A stretch of DNA of 64,000 nucleotides, taken from contig CBDCCZ010000006.1 of assembly GCA_965215005.1 (NCBI GenBank), positions 160,001 through 224,000 on the forward strand, in the 5' to 3' direction. Positions 40,056 to 49,945 of the stretch are shown in pieces. Position numbers and translations under genes: made by a program. Each line of letters starts with the position of its first letter. The first letter of the stretch is position 1. The notes beneath the pieces are model-generated. The model made no database searches, was not told the DNA's origin, and was given only the letters and a program-made list of their open reading frames with translations. The stretch comes from Kofleriaceae bacterium (GTDB lineage Bacteria; Myxococcota_A; Polyangia; Haliangiales; Haliangiaceae).

Positions 40056-41289
40056 TGCCGTCGAAGAACTCCCCAGTGGCCAGAGAATCGGCCAAGGCTC
40101 GCCACACCCGACGCAGATTTTGCTCGGATGCGTCGGCTCCCAGCGCTGTTAGAATCCGCCGAGCCAAGCAACCATGACGGCCGTACATGGCAATCCACTC
40201 GCTGAAGCAAGCCACCTCGTCGTGGCACTGCGCAGCAATATGCTGCCACAGCTCCCCTAGGGTCACCCGCGAGCGGTCGCCGAGCCCCCACGCCGCCAAG
40301 ACAGTAGGCTCCCATAGCTCGGCGCGTTCACCCTCGCGCGTTGCCCGCCAGAGAATCGCCGCCAGCTCTTCGGCAGTGAAAACGCGCTGCTCGCGGTGGC
40401 CGATGAATCGCTCATCGACCTGCGCCCGCACCGCGGCCACCGCCAGCGCCGCCACCGCCAAATCGGCTCGCGGGCACTCTTGCAGATCAATCACGCGAAT
40501 CTCGATGGCGCTGCGATCGAAGCGAGCGATGGCTCCCCGTGAGTTGATCCACTCATGGCGCAAGGTACCTTCCGGATCGAGCGCAGCCATGTCCCGATAG
40601 ATGCGCCCGAGAATGGCTTCTTGATATTCCGCTGGCGAAAACACCGCCTCGGGCACCACGTGCCCCGCCACCGAGCCGACTCGGCGCTGATTGCCGCGAT
40701 ACACCTCGAGGCGCGAATCGCAGAGGCCGGTGGCTTTGCCGTCCATGACCGGTGAGGAAGCAGCCAACGCGGGAAGCAGCGGAAGGACCAACCGTACGGC
40801 CGCGTGCAGACGAGCAAACTCCTCGTCATCGGCAAACGGCAGATTCACGTGCATGCTCTGCAGATTCGTCCAGCCGTGCCCACGGCAGTCGAAGATGCGA
40901 TGATAGGTATCGTAGATAGTGCGATCGTCGTGCGGCCACAGCCGACTATCGTGGTGCGGATCCATCCACGGATGCATCGCCGTGGGCAACAGCCGCGCCT
41001 CGTGCGCCGCCAGCGCCTCATTGATCACGTTGATCTCGCGCTGAAACGCCGCCGCCAGCGGCTCTAGCTCGCGAGCTGGTCCATTGGTCTTGAGCTCGAC
41101 CACGTGCAGCGCCAATTCATTCGACCAGGCGATATCGCCATGCTCGAGCTCCATGACGTATTCCTCGCCACCTGCCGCCTGGCGCAACAGCTCATCGCAC
41201 ACCGGCGCAACGCCTAAGGTAGAGGAGCTCACGATCATGTACTCGAGCTCGATGCCAAACCCTTCGAACAAGCGCAATGGGCGGTTCAT
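40048..41289 (-). CDS. Glutamate-cysteine ligase family 2 (GCS2) carboxylate-amine ligase
   Basis: GIELEYMIV, NEL..HVVELK, MHPW, QSMHVN, AASSP, IEIR. Confidence 0.88.
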   Translation of the reverse strand: MNRPLRLFEGFGIELEYMIVSSSTLGVAPVCDELLRQAAGGEEYVMELEHGDIAWSNELALHVVELKTNGPARELEPLAAAFQREINVINEALAAHEARLLPTAMHPWMDPHHDSRLWPHDDRTIYDTYHRIFDCRGHGWTNLQSMHVNLPFADDEEFARLHAAVRLVLPLLPALAASSPVMDGKATGLCDSRLEVYRGNQRRVGSVAGHVVPEAVFSPAEYQEAILGRIYRDMAALDPEGTLRHEWINSRGAIARFDRSAIEIRVIDLQECPRADLAVAALAVAAVRAQVDERFIGHREQRVFTAEELAAILWRATREGERAELWEPTVLAAWGLGDRSRVTLGELWQHIAAQCHDEVACFSEWIAMYGRHGCLARRILTALGADASEQNLRRVWRALADSLATGEFFDGNV

Positions 41290-42758
41290 CGGCTTTCCGG
41301 CGCGCGGCCGCGCTGCTCGAGGCGATCCAGGAAGTAGCGCATGATGGTCACGTAGAGCTCATCACGCAGGATGGTGTCTTCTACGCCACCATCGATGCTC
41401 GGGTTGTCGTTGACCTCCATGACGTAGAGCCGGCCATCAACTTGCTTGATATCGACGCCGTAGAGGCCATCACCGATGAGTGAAGCCGCCCGCACGCCAA
41501 CGTCGACGACCTGCGCCGGCGCCTCACCAACCGCCATGGTCTCGACCTTACCGACGCGCTTCTTGCCTCCAGCCTCGTTTTTCTGAATCTGCCAGTGCCC
41601 GCGCGCCATGTAGTACTTGCACACGTAAAGCGGCCTGCCGTCGATGACGCCGACGCGCCAATCGAAGTCAGAAGGCGTGTACTCCTGCGCGACCACTAGC
41701 TCCGAACGCGCCAGCAGCTCATCGAGCCGCTGCACGAGCTCGCTCTCGTCGCGCGCCTTGGTAACACCCAGGGAGAACGAGCTATCGGGGCGCTTGAGAA
41801 CACACGGAAACCCCAGCAGACGACCAACCTCGGCGGCGTTGCCACGATGAACGATGACGGTGCGCGGATGGGGAATGCCGCGCCGCGCGAATAAGTCGGC
41901 AAGGAACACTTTGTTGGTACAACGCAAGATCGATGACGAGGAGTCGACGACGACCAAACCTTCTGCTTCGGCGCGGCGCGCAAAGCGGTACGTATAGTGA
42001 TTGACCGCGGTCGTCTCGCGAATGAACAACGCGTCATACTCAGCGAGCCGGCCATAGTCCTCACGACCGATGATCTCCGCATCGATGCCCACCGCGCGAG
42101 CAGCGCGCACGAAACGGCCGATCGCCTGCGAGTCCGATGGCGAGTCAGCGGCCTGCGGATCGTAAAGAATGGCCATATCGTAGCGGAAGCTCTGTCCGCG
42201 AGCTTCTGGCGTGCGTGGTCGAGCAAAGTACTTCTGCGCCCGATCGCGAACGAATGCCACGTGACTATCGGGAATCTCTCGGGTCGCGATGGGCCCAAGA
42301 TTGGACAATCGCCACGACCCTTCGCTGCGAACCAGCTCAGCCCGCAAGAGCGGCGCCGGGAACATGCTCCAAAGCGCCTGACAGAGCCTATCGTAGCGAC
42401 CATCAGCGCTGCGACCAAAGTACGCATGCAAGAGCAGCCGGTCGCCGTCGTGGCCGTCGAGAATCTTTTTCATCAGCTCGGCGAGCTCGTCCGAGGCGAT
42501 GCGCAAGATGGGCTGTAGCCCCAGATCTTGCAGCGTCGACACCGGCGGCATCACCCGATGGCCACGCGCTTCCGCCAGCAGCGAGACATAATAGCCGGTG
42601 GTTTGATACCCGTAGGTATGGCAGAGGTTGAAAACGCGCGCGCGGCGCATCTCAGAGAACCGCGGCCCGGTTAGATATTCGCGTGCGCGAATAACCTCGG
42701 CGCCAGGCACCTCGAGGGGCCAGCGCCCAGGATCTTCGATCACCACTAGAACAGACAT
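41286..42758 (-). CDS. RimK-family ATP-grasp ligase with N-terminal RLAN-like domain
   Basis: FNLC..Y.YQTTGYYVSLLAEARGH, LFIRETT, VLKRPDSSFS.GV, QEY, DWRVGV, YGVDIK, MEVNDNP. Confidence 0.92.
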   Translation of the reverse strand: MSVLVVIEDPGRWPLEVPGAEVIRAREYLTGPRFSEMRRARVFNLCHTYGYQTTGYYVSLLAEARGHRVMPPVSTLQDLGLQPILRIASDELAELMKKILDGHDGDRLLLHAYFGRSADGRYDRLCQALWSMFPAPLLRAELVRSEGSWRLSNLGPIATREIPDSHVAFVRDRAQKYFARPRTPEARGQSFRYDMAILYDPQAADSPSDSQAIGRFVRAARAVGIDAEIIGREDYGRLAEYDALFIRETTAVNHYTYRFARRAEAEGLVVVDSSSSILRCTNKVFLADLFARRGIPHPRTVIVHRGNAAEVGRLLGFPCVLKRPDSSFSLGVTKARDESELVQRLDELLARSELVVAQEYTPSDFDWRVGVIDGRPLYVCKYYMARGHWQIQKNEAGGKKRVGKVETMAVGEAPAQVVDVGVRAASLIGDGLYGVDIKQVDGRLYVMEVNDNPSIDGGVEDTILRDELYVTIMRYFLDRLEQRGRAPESR

Positions 42759-42762
42759 TCGT

Positions 42763-43488
42763 TCATAGCCTCACGATTCGATCGACAGGCGCTGCATCGG
42801 GCGGCTGCACGATCACGAGGTTGGCATCGTAGGTAACGATGCCGAGGCAGACGGCCGCCATCACTCGGCTCGCACTCACCCAATAGTACTGCGATCCAAA
42901 GCGAGGGTTGTCGCGCTGCGGATCGGCGACGCGAACCAGATTGCGCTCTTTGTCGTAGCCGCACACGACGACGAAGTGGCCAGTTGGCTCGCCGCGAACG
43001 TCATCATAGACGTTGTCGTAGCGCTCGCGCGAGCAGCCGTAGAGATAGGTGGCCGAGAGGCCGGTGAGGATCGGTATCTTCTTGGTGAGAAAGCCGCGCA
43101 ACAGCCGCGGCGTGAGCTCCTCAAAGATGAGCCGACCACCGCGGGTCAAGAAATCGAGATATGCATCGGTGGCGACGTGCAGCTTCGGGTCGTTCTTAGC
43201 AGCGCGCTGGTCTCGCAGCCGCTGCGCAATCACATCTGGATCTGCAAACCAGGTGGGATCAAAGACATGAAGATTGTAGGTGTAGATGGTGGCGCGATAG
43301 CCGCGGCGGAGCGCATCGTTTGCCAAGATGACGCCCAGGGTGCCGCCGGCGGCCAGCATCATGACCTCGTCGATCAGCTGGTCGAGCGGGATGTCAAACC
43401 CGTAGTAGCGATAGACCGAGTGCAGACACGTGGGACCGCAAGTCTCGTCGGTCGGTTGCACCAACATTTCGAGCTCGAGCTCGCTCAC
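42763..43488 (-). CDS. C39-like papain-fold peptidase
   Basis: Q.....CGP (catalytic Cys), GHFVV, VADP; no signal peptide; GTG at 43488. Confidence 0.82.
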   Translation of the reverse strand: MSELELEMLVQPTDETCGPTCLHSVYRYYGFDIPLDQLIDEVMMLAAGGTLGVILANDALRRGYRATIYTYNLHVFDPTWFADPDVIAQRLRDQRAAKNDPKLHVATDAYLDFLTRGGRLIFEELTPRLLRGFLTKKIPILTGLSATYLYGCSRERYDNVYDDVRGEPTGHFVVVCGYDKERNLVRVADPQRDNPRFGSQYYWVSASRVMAAVCLGIVTYDANLVIVQPPDAAPVDRIVRL

Positions 43489-43655
43489 GTCATCACCTGC
43501 TTCTGCATAGGCTGCGCCAGCCTCAGCATACCGCCACGAATAGCCCGAGACGAAATCGCTACCGCCATAACGACAGCGAATATCTCGCAAAACGGAGTCA
43601 TTGGCACGTTCGGTCCCGCCACCGCAGGTGCGAGAGCGTGTGCCATGCTAGCCGA

Positions 43656-46600
43656 ATGGATGTCTTCGGCCCGGCCACCAAAGCGTGGTTCGAAGCGGCA
43701 TTTGCAAGCCCGACGCCGGTTCAACAGCGCGGCTGGGCGGCGATCGCAGCGGGCGAGCACGCGTTGCTCATCGCGCCAACGGGCAGCGGTAAGACGCTAG
43801 CGGCGTTTCTATGGGCCATCGATCAGTTGCTCGACTCGGGCAACGACGGTGAGTTGGGCGTACGAACGCTGTACGTCTCGCCGCTCAAGGCTCTGGTCTA
43901 CGACGTCGAGCGCAACCTGCGCGCGCCGCTCATCGGCATCGGACGCGCGGCGGAGCGACTCGAGGCGCGTATAAGGCTGCCGCGCGTGGCGGTGCGCACT
44001 GGCGATACCTCGAGCAAGGAACGGCGGCAGCAGCTCAAAGAGCCCGGCGAGATTTTGGTGACGACGCCGGAATCGCTGTATCTGCTGCTCGGGTCGCAGG
44101 CGCGCGAAACCCTGCGGACCGTGCAAACCGTCATCATCGACGAAGTGCACGCGCTGGCGCCAACCAAACGCGGGGCGCATCTGGCGGTTTCGCTCGAGCG
44201 GTTGACGGCGCTGGTCACCGAGCGCGCTCCGGCGCGTGAGCCGCAGCGCATCGGACTGTCGGCCACGGCGCAGCCGCTAACAGAGGTGGCCCGCTACTTG
44301 GGCGGAGACCGGCAAGTCACGGTGGTGGATGCCAGCGCGCCGCCGGCGCTGGAGCTGCAAATCGTCGTGCCCGTGGCGGACATGACGCGTCCTGAAGAAT
44401 CGTATCAGGCGCCGCGAGGAGCGGACGCAGCGGCAAGCGAAGCGGTCGACGATGGGTCCGACAGCTCGCTCGAAGGCGGCCGCTCGCTGCTGCTCGCGAG
44501 CGGCGAGCGCGGCATGTGGCCAGCGATTCACCCACGCCTGTTGGCGCTCGTGCGCGAGCACCGCACCACCATCATCTTCGTCAACAGTCGCGGGCTGTGC
44601 GAGCGGCTCACGCAGCGACTCAACGAGCTGGCGGAGCAAGAGTTGGTTCGTTCGCATCACGGCAGCCTGGCGCACGGCGAACGGCGACAAATCGAAGAAG
44701 CGCTCAAGAGCGGGCAGATCCGCGCCATCGTCGCCACCAGCTCTCTCGAGCTCGGCATCGACATGGGCACCGTCGATCTGGTGGTGCTCGTCGAGTCGCC
44801 GGGCTCCGTGGCCAGCGGCCTACAGCGCGTAGGTCGCGCTGGCCATGGCGTCGGCCAAGTCTCGAAAGGACGATTGTTTCCCAAACACCGCGGCGATTTG
44901 CTCGAAGCCGCCGTGGTCAGCAAGCGCATGCGGGCGGGGCTGATCGAGCCGCTGCGAGTCCCGCAAAATCCCCTCGATGTTTTGGCCCAGCAGCTGGTCG
45001 CAACGGTGGCGGTGGAGCCGTGGCCGGTAGAGCGACTGCGGCGCATGGTGATGCGCGCCGCCAACTTCGCCCAGCTTCCCGACAGCGCGTTCGTCGGTGT
45101 CCTCGACATGCTCGCGGGAAGGTATCCATCGAATGCGTTTGCCGAGCTGCGTCCACGGCTCAATTGGGATCGGCAAACCGACGTCGTCACCGGCCGGCAA
45201 GGCGCCAAGATGGTCGCGCTCACCAGCGGCGGCACGATTCCCGACCGCGGCACCTACAGCGTGCATCTGGGCGACGAGCATGGCTCGCGCGTGGGCGAGC
45301 TCGATGAAGAGATGGTGCACGAGACGACGCCGGGCCAGACGTTCACGCTGGGGGCGAGCACGTGGCGAGTCGAGCGCATCACCCGCGACCGAGTGATCGT
45401 ATCTCCGGCTCCGGGCGAGGTCGGCAAGCTGCCTTTCTGGCGCGGAGATGGCCCAGGGCGGCCGATCGAGCTCGGTCGAGCCATGGGTGCATTTCTCCGC
45501 GCGCTCGACGAAAAAGACGATAGCGAGGCGCTTGCCGAGCTCGAAGCTGACTACGGTCTCGATGCCATGGCCGCCGACAACTTGCTTGGCTACGTGCGCG
45601 AGCAACGCGACGCTGCCGGCGTGCTGCCAACGGATCGCACGATCGTCATCGAGCGGTTTCGCGATGAGCTTGGCGACTGGCGGGTCTGCATTCTCACGCC
45701 GTTTGGCGCCCGGATTCACGCGCCGTGGGCATTGGCTCTCGAAGCACGGCTATCGGCGCAAACCGGCTTTTACGTGCAGACGCTGTGGAGCGATGACGGC
45801 ATCGTGCTGCGCTTCGTGGATGCCGATGAGCTTCCCGAGCTCGACGTGCTACTGCCCGACCCCGACGAGGTCGAAGAGCTGGTCGTCGAGCATCTCGCAA
45901 GCTCGGCGCTGTTTGCCGGGCAGTTCCGCGAAAACGCCGCGCGCGCGCTGCTCATGCCGCGCCGTCGACCGGGTGAGCGGACGCCGCTTTGGGTGCAGCG
46001 CCTCAAGTCCCAGCAGCTGTTGGCGATCGCTCGCGAGTACCCCGCGTTTCCGATCATCATGGAAAGCTACCGCTCGTGCCTGCAGGACGTATTCGACTTG
46101 CCGGCGTTGACTGCTTTGCTAAACGACGTGCGCAGCCGCGCCGTTCGCGTCGAATCGGTGCAAACCACGGCCGCCTCGCCGTTTGCCCGCTCGCTGGTGT
46201 TTGCCTATGTGTCGGCGTATCTCTACGAAGGCGATCAGCCGCTCGCTGAACGCAAGGCGCAAGCGTTGTCGCTCGACCGCGCGCTACTACGCGAGCTCCT
46301 AGGGCAAGAAGAGCTGCGTGAGCTCCTAGACGCCAGCGTGATCGAGGAGCTGGAAAATCAGCTACAACACCGCGCAGAGGATCGCCAGGCGCGCCATGAA
46401 GACGGCCTCCACGACGTGTTGCGACGCGTCGGCGACCTAACCGCTGAAGAGGTCACCATGCGAGTTGCCGCCGATGTCGGCGCAATCGACCTACTCGAGC
46501 GACTGCAGCGAGAGCGGCGCGCGGTGCGCATGCGCATCGGCGGGCAAGAGCGCTGGATCGCCATCGAAGACGCTGGGATCTATCGCGATGCGCTCGGCGC

Positions 46601-48104
46601 TTCGCCTCCAGCCGGCGTCGCCGAAGCGTTCCTACAACCGCATCCAACACCATTTGAGGAGCTACTTCTGCGCTGGGCCCGAACCCATGGACCTTTCGCC
46701 ACCGCCGCCGTCGCCGAGCGCTATCAGTTGCCACCAGCGCAGCTCACCGCGCTGTTCACCGCGCTCGAGCAACGCGGTGCGCTGGTCCGTGGCGCCTTTC
46801 GCCCCGGTCACAGTGGCGAAGAGTGGTGTGAACCAGAGGTTCTGCGCCGAATCAAACGTCGCACGTTGGCACGACTGCGCAGCGAGGTGGCGCCCGTCGA
46901 TAAAGCGATCCTCGGGCGATTCCTCCCCGAGTGGCACGGCCTCGACTCTCCCGGTCGCGGGATGCGTCGGCTGCAAGAAGTCCTGGTGCAGCTCGAGGGC
47001 TTGCCACTCTCCTACCGGGAGCTCGAGACCATCCTACTTCCGGCACGAGTGAGCGATTTCGCGCCCCGCATGCTCGACGAGCTCGGCGCGATGGGTTGGC
47101 TGGTATGGATTGGGCACGGGGCACTTGGCGCGCGCGACGGCAAGGTTGCGCTGTATCGGCGGGAACAGGTGGCGAGTCTGCTCGCACCGCCCGCCGTGCC
47201 CGAGGGCCTCGAGCCGCTGCACGAGCGCTTGCTCGAGCACTTGCAGACCCGTGGCGCATCATTTTTCGTCGCGCTGCAAAGCGCCGCCGATGCGCGCACC
47301 GAGGAGGTGCTCGCCGCGCTGTGGGATCTGGTTTGGGCGGGCCTGGTCACCAACGACACCTTCGGGCCACTGCGCGTGCAGGGCCGCACGCAGAAGGCAA
47401 CCGGACGAGCCCGAGCACGGCAAACCTCGCATCTAGCTTCGGGTCGCTGGTCGCTGGTCGCGGAGCTGCTCCTGGCTGCACCAAACCCCACCGCAATAGC
47501 GCACGCGCGAGCCATCAAGCTTCTCGAGCGCCACGGCGTGGTGAGCCGCGAGGTCGCCAGCCTGGAGTCGTTGCCGGGCGGATTCTCTGCGGTCTATGCG
47601 GTGCTCAAAGCCATGGAGGAGGCCGGCAAGGTGCGTCGCGGCTACTTCGTCGACGGCCTCGGCGGCGCGCAGTTCGCGTTTCCTGGGGCGGTCGATCGGC
47701 TGCGCGCCGTGCGCACCAGCCCCGATGCACCGCCCACCATGAGGCTCTCCGCGGTCGATCCAGCCAATCCGTACGGCTGGCTGATTTCCTGGCCCGACAA
47801 CGCCGCCAGCGATAGCGCACTGCGACGCGCGGCGGGCGCAACCGTGGTGCTGGTGGGGGGCGAGCCGGTGCTCTATGTAGACACCAGCGGTCGCAAGCTC
47901 GTCACGTTTGCCGGCGCACGCAATCGCGACTGGCTGGTCGCCGCGGCCAGCGCGTTGAGACCGGTGGCGCTGCGCAAGCGCGGCAAGATGCTGCGCATCG
48001 ACACCATCGACGGCGAGCCGGCGCTCGCCTCGCCCCACGCCGAGGCCTTGCGCGCTGCCGCCTTCTTCTCCGACCACCGCGGGCTCGTCCTCGAAGCGCG
48101 CTGA
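43656..48104 (+). CDS. lhr: Large ATP-dependent helicase Lhr (full length, with C-terminal domain)
   Basis: APTGSGKT, SPLKAL, DEVH, LSAT, SLELGID, QRVGRAGH, SGGTIPDRG, C-terminal GYFVDGLGGAQF. Confidence 0.95.
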   Translation: MDVFGPATKAWFEAAFASPTPVQQRGWAAIAAGEHALLIAPTGSGKTLAAFLWAIDQLLDSGNDGELGVRTLYVSPLKALVYDVERNLRAPLIGIGRAAERLEARIRLPRVAVRTGDTSSKERRQQLKEPGEILVTTPESLYLLLGSQARETLRTVQTVIIDEVHALAPTKRGAHLAVSLERLTALVTERAPAREPQRIGLSATAQPLTEVARYLGGDRQVTVVDASAPPALELQIVVPVADMTRPEESYQAPRGADAAASEAVDDGSDSSLEGGRSLLLASGERGMWPAIHPRLLALVREHRTTIIFVNSRGLCERLTQRLNELAEQELVRSHHGSLAHGERRQIEEALKSGQIRAIVATSSLELGIDMGTVDLVVLVESPGSVASGLQRVGRAGHGVGQVSKGRLFPKHRGDLLEAAVVSKRMRAGLIEPLRVPQNPLDVLAQQLVATVAVEPWPVERLRRMVMRAANFAQLPDSAFVGVLDMLAGRYPSNAFAELRPRLNWDRQTDVVTGRQGAKMVALTSGGTIPDRGTYSVHLGDEHGSRVGELDEEMVHETTPGQTFTLGASTWRVERITRDRVIVSPAPGEVGKLPFWRGDGPGRPIELGRAMGAFLRALDEKDDSEALAELEADYGLDAMAADNLLGYVREQRDAAGVLPTDRTIVIERFRDELGDWRVCILTPFGARIHAPWALALEARLSAQTGFYVQTLWSDDGIVLRFVDADELPELDVLLPDPDEVEELVVEHLASSALFAGQFRENAARALLMPRRRPGERTPLWVQRLKSQQLLAIAREYPAFPIIMESYRSCLQDVFDLPALTALLNDVRSRAVRVESVQTTAASPFARSLVFAYVSAYLYEGDQPLAERKAQALSLDRALLRELLGQEELRELLDASVIEELENQLQHRAEDRQARHEDGLHDVLRRVGDLTAEEVTMRVAADVGAIDLLERLQRERRAVRMRIGGQERWIAIEDAGIYRDALGASPPAGVAEAFLQPHPTPFEELLLRWARTHGPFATAAVAERYQLPPAQLTALFTALEQRGALVRGAFRPGHSGEEWCEPEVLRRIKRRTLARLRSEVAPVDKAILGRFLPEWHGLDSPGRGMRRLQEVLVQLEGLPLSYRELETILLPARVSDFAPRMLDELGAMGWLVWIGHGALGARDGKVALYRREQVASLLAPPAVPEGLEPLHERLLEHLQTRGASFFVALQSAADARTEEVLAALWDLVWAGLVTNDTFGPLRVQGRTQKATGRARARQTSHLASGRWSLVAELLLAAPNPTAIAHARAIKLLERHGVVSREVASLESLPGGFSAVYAVLKAMEEAGKVRRGYFVDGLGGAQFAFPGAVDRLRAVRTSPDAPPTMRLSAVDPANPYGWLISWPDNAASDSALRRAAGATVVLVGGEPVLYVDTSGRKLVTFAGARNRDWLVAAASALRPVALRKRGKMLRIDTIDGEPALASPHAEALRAAAFFSDHRGLVLEAR

Positions 48105-48145
48105 GGACGTGGCCGCGGGGCCCCGCCGATGCTACGCCGTAGGCC

Positions 48146-48964
48146 GTGCCCGAGGGCGATACCATTCACAAGGTCGCAGCGCGCATGCGGCCCACGCTGC
48201 TCGGTCAGCCAGTCGCTCAGCTTCGGCTACGCGAGCGCGGCGTGATCGACGCAGTCGCCGGCCAAAACATCACCGCGATCGACGCCATCGGCAAACACCT
48301 GGTGATTCGCTTTGGCGAGGCGTGGGGATTGCGAGTGCATCTGGGCATGAAAGGCCGATGGCGGCAGTTTCGTCGCGGCGCGCCTTGGGATTGGAGTCCG
48401 GCGCAGGCGGTGGTGGTTCTGGTGAGTGGCGAGCACGAGTTCGTCTGTTTTCGCGCCAGCCAAGCAGAGCTGATGCATGGCGTGAGCTTGACGCGCAACC
48501 GCCACCTGCTTCGTCTCGGCCCCGACCTGCTCGCCCCCGAGGTCGACTTCGCTGCAATCCTAGAGCGGGCGCGAGCCCGACAGACCACGGCCATCGGCGA
48601 GCTGCTTCTCGCCCAGTCGGTGGCCTGCGGCATTGGCAATGTCTATAAGAGCGAGGTGATGTTTCTGCACCGCGTGCACCCGTGGACTGCGACCAGTGCG
48701 CTCGGAGACGAAGCGCTCGAAGCGATGTATCGCGACGCGCGCAGGCTCATGCAGGCCAACCTCGGCGAAACCGGTCGACGAATCACCGTAGACGAGCCCC
48801 AGCGCCGGCCAGCGCGCCGCGAGATGCTGCCGCGTCTGTACGTGTACGGACGGCACCGCAAGCCATGCCTGCGGTGCAATACGTTCATTTCGGTGCGGCG
48901 CCAGGGCGACGAGGCGCGGACCACCTATTGGTGCGCACGCTGTCAACCACGCCGCGACCCCTGA
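48146..48964 (+). CDS. nei: Fpg/Nei family DNA glycosylase (Nei2-like)
   Basis: N-terminal PEG, GKHL, HLGMKG, H2TH GIGNVYKSE, zinc finger CLRC/CARCQ. Confidence 0.9.
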   Translation: MPEGDTIHKVAARMRPTLLGQPVAQLRLRERGVIDAVAGQNITAIDAIGKHLVIRFGEAWGLRVHLGMKGRWRQFRRGAPWDWSPAQAVVVLVSGEHEFVCFRASQAELMHGVSLTRNRHLLRLGPDLLAPEVDFAAILERARARQTTAIGELLLAQSVACGIGNVYKSEVMFLHRVHPWTATSALGDEALEAMYRDARRLMQANLGETGRRITVDEPQRRPARREMLPRLYVYGRHRKPCLRCNTFISVRRQGDEARTTYWCARCQPRRDP

Positions 48965-49010
48965 TGCGCTGTCACCCAATGAGCTGCACCAGCCGTGTTA
49001 GATACGTTTG

Positions 49011-49934
49011 ATGGTTCGATGGGATCCGCGAGTCGCGCTGTGCGTCGTCACCATGGCGGCGAGCGTTCTCGGCTGCAATCGAGGCGAGCCGCCGGTCTCG
49101 GCACCCAACACCGCGGAGCTCGAACGTGTACCCGGTGGGCGGCGTTTGCCACTGCGCCTCACCGACACCAATGGAATTTCCGGGCTCACCGCCATCGACG
49201 GCACCCTTTGGGCGGTTCCTGAGCGGGTCCACGTTCTGCTCGAGCTCGATGACAGCGGCGGAGCGCGCGCGGTGCCGCTCGCCGGCGTGAGTGCCGACGT
49301 CGATCTCGAGGCGATAGCCGCCATCGCGCCGCATCGCTTTGCCCTCGGCACCGAAGACAAGCAGGGCGAGAGCGGCAGCGCCTATGGCGGCAACGCGCTC
49401 ATTTATCTGGCCGAGGTCGAGGGCAACGCGGCGCGCGTCACCGAATCCATCGCCATGAGTTACGAGCTGTGGAAACAGCACGGCGTGCACAACGAGGGCA
49501 TTGAGGGCTTATGTGCCGCAGGCGGGCGCCTGGTGATTGGTATCGAGGCGACGGGCCTGATCAACGGACGTCGCTTTGCGCCGGTAGCGTCCTATGATCT
49601 CGCCACCAAGAAGTTCACCGCCTATTGGCTGCTGCTGAGCAGCGAAACCGGCAAGATTTCGGCGATGACCTGCCGCGAGCATGGCGGCCGCATCGAGGTC
49701 CTGGCGGTCGAACGCAACTTCGGCGTTGCCCGGCTATTGCGCTTCGAGCTGCCCGATACATCGAGCGTCATCACGCCGCGCGTCGAGCGCGATCTCGAAT
49801 CACTGGTGAATCTCACCAAGCTCAACTTCGAAGGCATCGCCTGGCGTGCCGACGGCGCTGTGGTGCTGGCCGTGGACAATCAATGGAAGGAGGTCACCGG
49901 GCCAAACGAGCTGATCATCCTCGATGGCCCCTAG
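49011..49934 (+). CDS. Putative lipoprotein, beta-propeller (phytase-like/SdiA-regulated-like)
   Basis: Lipobox VLGC; acidic motifs ISGL, DLEAI, NEGIEGL, NFEGI, VDN. Confidence 0.65.
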   Translation: MVRWDPRVALCVVTMAASVLGCNRGEPPVSAPNTAELERVPGGRRLPLRLTDTNGISGLTAIDGTLWAVPERVHVLLELDDSGGARAVPLAGVSADVDLEAIAAIAPHRFALGTEDKQGESGSAYGGNALIYLAEVEGNAARVTESIAMSYELWKQHGVHNEGIEGLCAAGGRLVIGIEATGLINGRRFAPVASYDLATKKFTAYWLLLSSETGKISAMTCREHGGRIEVLAVERNFGVARLLRFELPDTSSVITPRVERDLESLVNLTKLNFEGIAWRADGAVVLAVDNQWKEVTGPNELIILDGP

Positions 49935-49945
49935 ACGCGAGCTGC

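Noticed and set aside
43629..43645. TGGCACACGCTCTCGCA (minus strand) as a sigma54 promoter of the C39/RimK operon
   Set aside because: Spacing off by one; it overlaps the lhr extended -10 instead.
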